Assembly (NCBI GenBank): GCA_046598045.1
Contig: JBKJJJ010000005.1
Coordinates: 1-35,651, forward strand
DNA from: Candidatus Eiseniibacteriota bacterium
GTDB taxonomy: Bacteria > Eisenbacteria > RBG-16-71-46 > DASYSL01
DNA: 35,651 nucleotides
Reading direction: 5' to 3'
Part shown: positions 8,269 through 15,353 of the stretch, one piece after another
How positions within the stretch are numbered: position 1 is the first letter of the stretch
How the letters are laid out: every line of letters starts with the position of its first letter
Position numbers and translations under genes: made by a program
The notes under the pieces: generated by a model
What the model was told of the DNA's origin: nothing
Seen by the model: only the letters and a program-made list of their open reading frames with translations
Databases searched by the model: none

Positions 8269-8555
8269 CATTCGTCGAGCGGGTCGAGCTCCACGCGCAC
8301 GCGGCCGTCCTCGTCGACGTCGACCCGCACCTGCCACGGGCGGCAGCACACCTGGCAATCCTCGACGTAGCTCTGGCTCTCGCCGCCGCCGAGGTCGACG
8401 AACAGTTCGTTCTCCTCGGAGCAGTAGGGGCAGGTCGCGTGGTAGGTGTCGTCGACCGAGGCCTCGGCCTCGTGGTCGAGCGCATCATCGGTCACGGCAG
8501 CCTCGGGATCGAGGTCTTCGGGCCGGTCGGGGGAGTCCTCGGGGAAGCGGATCAT
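8268..8555 (-). CDS. CPXCG-motif cysteine-rich small acidic Zn-ribbon protein
   Basis: CPYCSE...VD...G.SQSYVEDCQVCCRP signature; the start codon is uncertain (ATG 8555 or a downstream GTG). Confidence 0.85.
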   Translation of the reverse strand: MIRFPEDSPDRPEDLDPEAAVTDDALDHEAEASVDDTYHATCPYCSEENELFVDLGGGESQSYVEDCQVCCRPWQVRVDVDEDGRVRVELDPLDE

Positions 8556-8607
8556 CGCGGCAGTCTTGCACGCGGCGCGGTGGACGGCAACGGTACGTTG
8601 TGATCCA

Positions 8608-9654
8608 ATGACGGCCCATGGCCCCTTTGACGCGCATTCCATGATCGATTTCGAGAAGACGCCGCCGGACGTCAAGGAGCTGCTCGGCAAGCGCATCTCC
8701 CAGCTCGGTCTCAAGGTCGAGGGCTCGCCCGTCGAGCGCTCGGTCGAGAAGCTGCGCAAGGAGCTGGTCAAGAAGGGCATCAAGCGCTTCAAGGCGGTGG
8801 TCTACCTGACGGACGAGTGGGGCTGCCCCTCCGGCGAGCCCGTGATCGGCGTGCCGTTCTACCTCGCCGACCCGAAGCTCGCGAAGCTCGAGCGCAGCGT
8901 GAACGACCTCGAGAGCGAGCGCGAGATCCTGATGTATCTCCGGCACGAGGCCGGCCACGCGTTCAACTACGCCTACCGTTTCTACGCCATGCCCGAGTGG
9001 CGGGAATTGTTCGGGCCGTTCAACCGCCGCTACCGCGACCACTACAAGCCCGTGCCGTTCTCGCGCAAGTTCGTGCGCCACCTCGCCGGCTGGTACGCGC
9101 AGAAGCACCCCGACGAGGACTTCGCCGAGACGTTCGCCGTGTGGCTCACGCCGCGCTCGGCCTGGCGCGACCGCTATCGCGGCTGGCCGGCGCTCGCGAA
9201 GCTGCGCTTCATCGACCGCATGGTGAAGAAGTTCGGGGACACGGACCCGGTGGTCGTCCACGGGGCCACCGACATCACGGTCGAAGAGATGGAGTTGACG
9301 GTGGAGGAATTCTACCGTCAAGTGGTCGAGCAGAACCGCGCGGCCGTCGACCTCGCGATGGACGGCGACCTGCGGGACATGTTCGTGCCACGCAATCCGC
9401 GGCGCAAGAACCAGCGCAGCGCGGCGGAGTTCGTCCACGAGCACCGGGTGGTGCTGACGGACAAGATCACGTACTGGACCGGGGTCCCTCGCCCCGTGGT
9501 GCGCGGCCTGATCGAGGCCATGGCGCGCCACGTGCGCGAGCGCGACCTGTGGTGTGAGCGTTCGAAGGAGCCGGGGGCGCTGGTCGAGCTGACCGCCTAC
9601 GGCACGACGCTGGCGATGAACTACCTGACGCGCGGGAAATTCGTCCACGTGTAG
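8608..9654 (+). CDS. Putative zinc-binding metallopeptidase (Peptidase_Mx-like)
   Basis: YL.DEW.CP.G...IGVPFYLA.P.L, LRHEAGHA (HExxH) and YAQKHPDEDFAETFAVWLTP; alternative start at 8641. Confidence 0.85.
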   Translation: MTAHGPFDAHSMIDFEKTPPDVKELLGKRISQLGLKVEGSPVERSVEKLRKELVKKGIKRFKAVVYLTDEWGCPSGEPVIGVPFYLADPKLAKLERSVNDLESEREILMYLRHEAGHAFNYAYRFYAMPEWRELFGPFNRRYRDHYKPVPFSRKFVRHLAGWYAQKHPDEDFAETFAVWLTPRSAWRDRYRGWPALAKLRFIDRMVKKFGDTDPVVVHGATDITVEEMELTVEEFYRQVVEQNRAAVDLAMDGDLRDMFVPRNPRRKNQRSAAEFVHEHRVVLTDKITYWTGVPRPVVRGLIEAMARHVRERDLWCERSKEPGALVELTAYGTTLAMNYLTRGKFVHV

Positions 9655-9680
9655 CAAGCGTTGCGTCACGCGGGGAGACC

Positions 9681-10703
9681 ATGGCCAAACTGCGGGTGGC
9701 GGTCCTGTACGACGTGTGGGACGACGGCGGCGAGCCGGAAGAGCCGGAGCCGACGCGGTCGCGCAGCAAGAAGAAGCCCGAGAAGGAAGATCGTCAGGAG
9801 ATCCACGAGGCGCTCAAGGCGAACGGGCACTCGCCGTTCTATGCCGAGATCGACGGCACGGCCGAGTCGCTCAAGGGCTTCGCCGACACCGAGTGTGACC
9901 TGGTGTTCAACCTCACCGAGTCGTGGGCGGGCGACGACACCAAGGACATCAACCTCGCGGCCTACCTGGACCTCCTGCATCGCAAGTACACCGGCACCGG
10001 GCCCGGCGGCCTCCACCTCGCGCAGAACAAGTCCCTCGCCAAGAAGATCTTCGCGTTCCACGGGATCCGCACGCCCTACTTCGCGAGCGTGCACCGGGGG
10101 CGGCTCGACTGGTCGCATGACCTGCAGTTCCCGGTGATCGTCAAGCCCGCGCGCGAGGACGGCTCGATCGGCATCAGCTTCAATGCGCTGTGCGAATCGA
10201 TCAAGGACCTGATGGAGCGCATCCACGAATTGCACGAGCAGTTCGATTCGCCGGTGCTGATCGAGGAATACATCGAGGGCCGCGAGATGTACGTCGCGGT
10301 GCTCGGCAACGGGGAGCCCGAGGCGCTGCCCGTGGTCGAGCTCGACCTCTCGCGCCTGCCCGAGGGCACGCCGAGGATCGCGGGCTCCGAGGTCAAGTGG
10401 GAGAAGGGGACGGTGGCCTACAAGGTCACCAAGAGCATCCTGCCGACGGACCTGCCCGAGGACATCACCCAGGCGCTGCAGCAGACCGCGGTCCAGGCGT
10501 TCCGCGCGCTCGAACTGCGCGACTATGGCCGCATCGACATGCGTCTCTCCGCCGACAACAAGGTCTACGTGCTCGAGGTCAACCCGAACCCGTGGCTGCA
10601 TTCGACCGCCGAGTACGCGATGGCGGCGAAGAAGTCGGGCCGCGACTACAATGCGCTGATCGAGGAGATCGTGAACCTCGCGCTGGGGCGCTACCGGGGC
10701 TGA
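9681..10703 (+). CDS. D-Ala-D-Ala-ligase-like ATP-grasp enzyme (non-canonical)
   Basis: DLVFNL.E, YTG, K...K, FPVIVKP..EDGSIGI, LIEEYIEGRE, DYGRIDMR, VLEVNPNP; lacks the Ddl N-terminal GG.S.E..VS motif. Confidence 0.88.
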   Translation: MAKLRVAVLYDVWDDGGEPEEPEPTRSRSKKKPEKEDRQEIHEALKANGHSPFYAEIDGTAESLKGFADTECDLVFNLTESWAGDDTKDINLAAYLDLLHRKYTGTGPGGLHLAQNKSLAKKIFAFHGIRTPYFASVHRGRLDWSHDLQFPVIVKPAREDGSIGISFNALCESIKDLMERIHELHEQFDSPVLIEEYIEGREMYVAVLGNGEPEALPVVELDLSRLPEGTPRIAGSEVKWEKGTVAYKVTKSILPTDLPEDITQALQQTAVQAFRALELRDYGRIDMRLSADNKVYVLEVNPNPWLHSTAEYAMAAKKSGRDYNALIEEIVNLALGRYRG

Positions 10704-10704
10704 C

Positions 10705-11214
10705 CTAGGCCGCGGACTTGGGCTTCATGCGCGGCGGCGGCGCGGAGCGCGCGAGCTCGTCGGCGGCGGGGCCGAGCTTGACCTGCCTGGTCGCGGCACG
10801 CAGGACGTAAATGCGCGTGTTGTTGCTCTGGCTGTCCGCGGGAAACAGGAAGAAGCCGGGCTTCTCCGGGCCGTACGTCTGGGCGTAGCCGACCAGCAAC
10901 TCGCCGTCCTCGAACAGGACCGCGATGCGGCGGCCGGTCTGCGGACCCTGGTCCACCGCGGGGAAGCGGCGACCCTTGTTGCGCACGCGATTGCCCAGCA
11001 GGTCGCGCACAAAGAACACGCCCTTGAGCTCCGCGGTCTTGACCGGGACCGCCGACTGTCCGCCCTTGGGCAGGACGTGGAACAAGGGCCGCTCCGGAAA
11101 GAAGTCGCGCGTGTAGCCCTTCACCACCTGCCCGTTGCGATAGCGCGCCACGACGAGGTTGTTCTCGCCCCCGGCCGCGTTGGCCGCGCCGCCCGGCTGT
11201 GGAACCTGGTTCAT
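10705..11214 (-). CDS. DUF6982-like hypothetical protein
   Basis: GGGAGG Shine-Dalgarno; VVARY..G.V.KGYT.DF.P....FH, LK.VFFV.D..G, V.F.DGE.L.G....Y.....GFFLFPAD..SNN.RIYV. Confidence 0.7.
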   Translation of the reverse strand: MNQVPQPGGAANAAGGENNLVVARYRNGQVVKGYTRDFFPERPLFHVLPKGGQSAVPVKTAELKGVFFVRDLLGNRVRNKGRRFPAVDQGPQTGRRIAVLFEDGELLVGYAQTYGPEKPGFFLFPADSQSNNTRIYVLRAATRQVKLGPAADELARSAPPPRMKPKSAA

Positions 11215-11251
11215 CGCCGCCTCCCGCGTGCTGCGTCCCGCGGAGGCCCGC

Positions 11252-12112
11252 TCAGGCCCCCGACCTTCTCCTGTCATCGGCGCGCACCCGCTGCAACTTG
11301 CGGAAAACGATCGGGATCGCGAACCGGTTCAGGAGCCCCCGGGGGACCAGCCGGACGAGCGCGCACAGGGCTTGATAGAGCGCTCCGGGCACGACCGAGC
11401 CCCGGCGGCCGAGGCCCTCGAGGCCGGCCCGGGCGACGTCGTCCGCGGAGGCCCACGCCCAGCCCGGGATCGCCCCCTGGGAGATGCCCGCGGCCTGGTG
11501 GAACTCGGTGCGCGTGTAGCCGGGCGAGAGCGCGAGCGCGTCGATCCCGAAGGGTGCGAGCTCGGCCCACAGCGATTCGCCGAGCAGGAGGTCGAACCCC
11601 TTGCTGGCGGAGTAGACGGCGCTGCCCGGGCCGAGCTGGTAGCCGGCGACGCTGGCGACCACGATCACCGCGCCTTTGCCGCGCGCGATCATCGGCGGGA
11701 GCAGCGCGGAGAGGAGCGCGACCGGCACGCGGCAGTGCAGCTCGACCATGGCGGCGAGGCGTTCGGGCGCGGACTCGTGGAGCGTGCCCGCGACGCCGAA
11801 GCCCGCGTTGTGGATCTGGAGACCGACCGCGATTTCGCGCTGCTCGAGGAATGCGACGAGGTGAGGGACCGCGTCCGGCGCGAGCAGGTCGAGCGGACAG
11901 GCGTGGACCGCCACGCCGTGCGCCCGCGCCAGCTCGGCGGCGAGCACCTCCAGCCGATCGGCGCGGCGGGCGACGAGCACGAGGTCGGTGCCGTCCGCGG
12001 CGAGCCGGCGGGCGAACGCCTCGCCGATGCCCGCGGAGGCGCCCGTGACCAGGGCGGCCCCGCCGTAGCGCGCGCCGTACGACGGGGCCGCGCCCCGCGC
12101 GTGTTCAATCAT
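11252..12112 (-). CDS. Short-chain dehydrogenase/reductase (SDR)
   Basis: ALVTGASAGIG, LVARR, HNAGFG, YSASK catalytic motif, PGYTRTEF. Confidence 0.93.
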   Translation of the reverse strand: MIEHARGAAPSYGARYGGAALVTGASAGIGEAFARRLAADGTDLVLVARRADRLEVLAAELARAHGVAVHACPLDLLAPDAVPHLVAFLEQREIAVGLQIHNAGFGVAGTLHESAPERLAAMVELHCRVPVALLSALLPPMIARGKGAVIVVASVAGYQLGPGSAVYSASKGFDLLLGESLWAELAPFGIDALALSPGYTRTEFHQAAGISQGAIPGWAWASADDVARAGLEGLGRRGSVVPGALYQALCALVRLVPRGLLNRFAIPIVFRKLQRVRADDRRRSGA

Positions 12113-12151
12113 GGAGTGGAGGCAGCTTCAACGTGACATCCACCGCGCCGG

Positions 12152-13465
12152 CTACCGGGCCCGCTGGTCCAGCACGAACGCGCCGCCCTTGATCACGGCG
12201 TTCGGCCGCTCGAGCAGCGTGATGTCCTCGAGCGGATCGCCGCGCACGACCACGAAATCGGCGAAGTCGCCGGCGGCGATGTGGCCGACTTCCTTCCAGC
12301 CCAGCAGGTCCGAGGCGCTGGCGGTGGCGCACACGATCGCCTCCATGGGCTTCATCCCGAGGTCGGTCATCAAGTGGAACTCGCGCGCGTTCTGGCCGTG
12401 CGGGTAGACGCCGGCGTCGGTGCCGAACGCGATCTTGACCCCCGCGCGGTAGGCCTTCTGGAACGAGCTGCGCATCACCGGGCCGACCTCGAGCGCCTTC
12501 GCGACCGAGAACGCCGGCAGCGTGCCGTTCTGCGCCGCGGCGTAGACCCACTCGCCCGCGCTGCGCGTCGGCACGAGGTAGGTGCCGCGCTCCTTCATCA
12601 TGCGGACGCCCTCGTCGTCGAGGAACGTGCCGTGCTCGATCGACGCCACACCCGCCTTGACCGCGGCCTTGATTCCGGCCGCGCCGTGGGCGTGGCAGCA
12701 CACCTTGAGGCCGAGCAGCGTGGCCTCGTCGATGGTGGCGGCCAGCTCGGCGTCGGAGAACTGCCGCGCCGAGAGCGCGTCGCCGGAGGAGAGCACGCCG
12801 CCCGTGGACATGATCTTGATCACGCCCGCGCCGTGCTTGTGCGCGTAACGCACCGCCTTGCGGCACTCGTCGGGTCCGGTCGGCAGGCCCACGGTGTAGT
12901 CGAGGCGATCCTCGAGCACGCCGGGGGCGAAGCTGTTGACGTCGCCGTGGCCGCCGACGATCGAGAACGCATTCGTGGCGGTGATCATGCGCGGGCCGGG
13001 GATGTCGCCGCGATCGATCGCGCGCTTGAGCGCGACGTCGACGAAGTCCGAGGCGCCCACGTTGCGCACGGTCGTGAAGCCCGCCTCGAGCGTCCGGCGC
13101 GCCGCGTCCACGCTGCGAATCGCCGCGTCGGCGGGGCCTTCGGTCACGGACTTGAGGTTTGCGTCGGGGCCGGAGGGCGCGAGCGTGAGGTGGGTGTGGC
13201 AGTCGATGAATCCGGGCAGCACGGTGAAATCGGTCAGGTCGACGGTCGTGGTGCCGGGGGGCGACGCGAGCGCCTCGCCCACCGCCTCGATCCTGCCGTC
13301 CTTGACCAGCACGTCGACGCGCTGCTTCGGCGCGGCGCCCGTGCCGTCGATCAGCGTGCCCGTCTTGAACAGGAGGTAGACCGGATTCTTCGCCTCGGCG
13401 GCAAAGGGCGCACGCGGGGCGAGCACGCCGGCGAACACCAGCGCGAGGATGAGGGCGCGGCGCAT
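12152..13465 (-). CDS. Secreted metal-dependent amidohydrolase (Xaa-Pro dipeptidase-like)
   Basis: Signal peptide; LPGFIDCHTHL, GFTTVRNVG, GGHGD, IKIM.TGGV, HAHG, SIEHG, AFGTDAG. Confidence 0.92.
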   Translation of the reverse strand: MRRALILALVFAGVLAPRAPFAAEAKNPVYLLFKTGTLIDGTGAAPKQRVDVLVKDGRIEAVGEALASPPGTTTVDLTDFTVLPGFIDCHTHLTLAPSGPDANLKSVTEGPADAAIRSVDAARRTLEAGFTTVRNVGASDFVDVALKRAIDRGDIPGPRMITATNAFSIVGGHGDVNSFAPGVLEDRLDYTVGLPTGPDECRKAVRYAHKHGAGVIKIMSTGGVLSSGDALSARQFSDAELAATIDEATLLGLKVCCHAHGAAGIKAAVKAGVASIEHGTFLDDEGVRMMKERGTYLVPTRSAGEWVYAAAQNGTLPAFSVAKALEVGPVMRSSFQKAYRAGVKIAFGTDAGVYPHGQNAREFHLMTDLGMKPMEAIVCATASASDLLGWKEVGHIAAGDFADFVVVRGDPLEDITLLERPNAVIKGGAFVLDQRAR

Positions 13466-13487
13466 GGGACCTCCCGGGCGAAGGGGC

Positions 13488-15107
13488 TTACATCAGCTTG
13501 GACAGGAGCAGCTCGTTGCTCGGATACATGCGCAGCAGCTCGAGCAATTCGTTCATCGCGGTCTCGGGGTCCCGGTCGACCAGGCGGCGGCGCAGCGCGT
13601 GCAGTGCGCGCATCTCGTCGACGCCGTAGAGCTTCTCTTCCTTGCGGGTGCCGCTCTGCTTGATGTCGATGCAGGGGAACACGCGCTTCTCGAACAGCGC
13701 GCGCGAGAGCACGAGCTCCATGTTTCCGGTGCCCTTGAACTCCTGGAAGATCACCTCGTCCATGCGCGATCCGGTGTCGACCAGCGCGGTGCCGAGCATG
13801 GTCAGGCTGCCGCCGTTCTCGATCTTGCGCGCGGCGCCGAAGATCTGCCGCGGGACCTGCATGGTGGTCGCGTCGAGGCCGCCCGAGAGCGTGCGCCCGA
13901 TGCCCTGGAAGTTCGTGTTGTAGGCGCGCGCGAGGCGAGTGATCGAGTCGAGCAGCACCACGACGTCCTTGCCCTCGAGCACCGGCACGAGCACGCGCGT
14001 GAGCGCCTTCTCGGCGATCTCCACGTGCTCGCTCGCGGTCTGATCGCTGGAAGCGGCCATGACCTCGCACGGCACCGAGCGGCGGAAGTGCGTGACCTCC
14101 TCGGGACGCTCATCGACCAGCAGGACGACGACCTCGATCTCGGGGTGGTTCTTGCTGAGCGCGACCGCGATTTCCTGGAGCAGGGTGGTCTTGCCCGCCT
14201 TGGGCGGCGCGGTGATCAGGCAGCGCTGGCCCTTGCCGATCGGCGAGATCAGCTCGAGCGCGCGCATCGAGACCACGTCGGACGTGGTCTCGAGCTTGAG
14301 GCGCTCGGTCGGATCGACCGACACCTGCTGCTGGAGCTCCTTGAGGAGGTCGGTGAACGGGATGTCGCGGCGTTCGCGCGTGCGGCGCGGACGATCGTAG
14401 CCCGTGCGGTGCCCGGGATTGTCGCCGTAATAGCGCGAGCGCTCGCCGCTGTCGCTGCGGCGGTAGCCGTTCGCGCCGCCACTGCTCGCGCCGCCGTAGG
14501 GCGGGCGGGCCGGCACGTTGCCGCTGCGCGGCTCGTAGCCGCGGCCGGCATCGGGGCGTGGACCGCGCGCGCTGTCGAGACGCGGACCGCGCGGACTGTC
14601 GAGACGCGGACCGCGCGGGCTGTCGCCGCCCGGTCGGGCGTCGTTCGGTCCCATGGGGCCGCCGGGGCGTCCGCGACGACCGCGGGGTTGCCGACGACGG
14701 TCTCCTGCGGGCGCTCCGGGGCCGGGTGCGGCGCCGGGCCGTCCTCCGGGGCGCTGGCCTTCGGGCCGGGGGCCGCGGGCGGGACGCATCTCGGCTCGGG
14801 CCTCGGGGCGGCGGGCATCGGGCCGGCGCTGGTCGCCGCGCGGGCGATCGTCCCGGGGACGGTCGTCGCGGGGTCGCTCCTCACGCGGGCGATCCTCCCG
14901 GGGGCGCTCGTCACGAACGCGCTCGAGGCGCGGGGCGTCAGGCCGCGGGGCGTCCGGGCGCGCGGGGGCGTCGGCACGGGGATAATCCGTGCGGGGGCCT
15001 TCGGATGCGCCGCCAGACGGCGGATTCGAAGGGCGGGGTGCGGCGTTGGGGCCAGGCTGCCTTGAAGACGGGCGACGGCCGTAGGGGCCGGAGGACGTGC
15101 GTTTCAC
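13488..15107 (-). CDS. rho: Transcription termination factor Rho, atypical: ATPase domain plus a low-complexity N-terminus, with no recognisable OB-fold RNA-binding domain
   Basis: PIGKGQR.LI.APPKAGKT, LLVDERPEEVT, LLDSITRLARAYN, GRTLSGGLD, FGAAR.IE.GGSLT, IFQEFKGTGNMEL, SGTRKEE; GTG start is tentative. Confidence 0.93.
   Translation of the reverse strand: MKRTSSGPYGRRPSSRQPGPNAAPRPSNPPSGGASEGPRTDYPRADAPARPDAPRPDAPRLERVRDERPREDRPREERPRDDRPRDDRPRGDQRRPDARRPEARAEMRPARGPRPEGQRPGGRPGAAPGPGAPAGDRRRQPRGRRGRPGGPMGPNDARPGGDSPRGPRLDSPRGPRLDSARGPRPDAGRGYEPRSGNVPARPPYGGASSGGANGYRRSDSGERSRYYGDNPGHRTGYDRPRRTRERRDIPFTDLLKELQQQVSVDPTERLKLETTSDVVSMRALELISPIGKGQRCLITAPPKAGKTTLLQEIAVALSKNHPEIEVVVLLVDERPEEVTHFRRSVPCEVMAASSDQTASEHVEIAEKALTRVLVPVLEGKDVVVLLDSITRLARAYNTNFQGIGRTLSGGLDATTMQVPRQIFGAARKIENGGSLTMLGTALVDTGSRMDEVIFQEFKGTGNMELVLSRALFEKRVFPCIDIKQSGTRKEEKLYGVDEMRALHALRRRLVDRDPETAMNELLELLRMYPSNELLLSKLM
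14560..14625 (-). repeat. About three copies of a 24-nt tandem repeat inside rho (DSPRGPRL)
   Basis: GGACCGCGCG(CG/GA/GG)CTGTCGAGACGC repeated on the + strand, last copy partial. Confidence 0.85.
14832..14915 (-). repeat. Pentapeptide tandem repeat RPR[ED][ED] (about 5 copies) inside rho
   Basis: RDE-RPRED-RPREE-RPRDD-RPRDD-RPRGD, encoded with varied synonymous codons. Confidence 0.85.
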
Positions 15108-15252
15108 GGAGTCTCTCTTGCGTTCGAACTGCAGGGACGTCGAAGGTCGCTGGAGCTGCGACCAGGGCGGGCCGGGGTCGGGACGCTACCGTGCGTCGCG
15201 ATCGGTGCCGCCGTTGCGATGGCTGGGCGGGGAAGCTCACCGCCTGCATGGG

Positions 15253-15281
15253 ATTGTAGGGGTTCGCCCCGGGTTTGTCAC
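15253..15281 (-). promoter_or_regulatory. Sigma70-type promoter of rho
   Basis: Minus strand reads GTGACA-N17-TACAAT, about 145 nt upstream of the rho start. Confidence 0.7.
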
Positions 15282-15310
15282 CCGGAGTTTTCACCCCCGG
15301 TTCCGGCGTC

Positions 15311-15338
15311 GCGGGCGACCCCTTGCGGAGTCGCCCGC
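15311..15338 (-). terminator. Hairpin with GCAA tetraloop downstream of the metalloprotease gene (no U-tract)
   Basis: Minus strand GCGGGCGACTCC-GCAA-GGGGTCGCCCGC, 15 nt after the stop codon. Confidence 0.55.
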
Positions 15339-15353
15339 CGCCTTCCGGTCGGG

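Noticed and set aside
9681..10703. Assigning the symbol ddl to the ATP-grasp gene
   Set aside because: It lacks the Ddl N-terminal GG.S.E..VS motif and the aromatic omega-loop, and lies beside a peptidase rather than mur/fts genes
14560..14915. Tandem repeats as a possible CRISPR array
   Set aside because: The units are 15 and 24 nt, in frame, without unique spacers, inside a coding sequence, and no cas genes are present
14370..15250. A frameshifted OB-fold RNA-binding domain hidden upstream in rho
   Set aside because: No GFGFLR or DIYVS-like sequence is visible in the other minus-strand translations, and the repeat region is open and in frame with the ATPase domain
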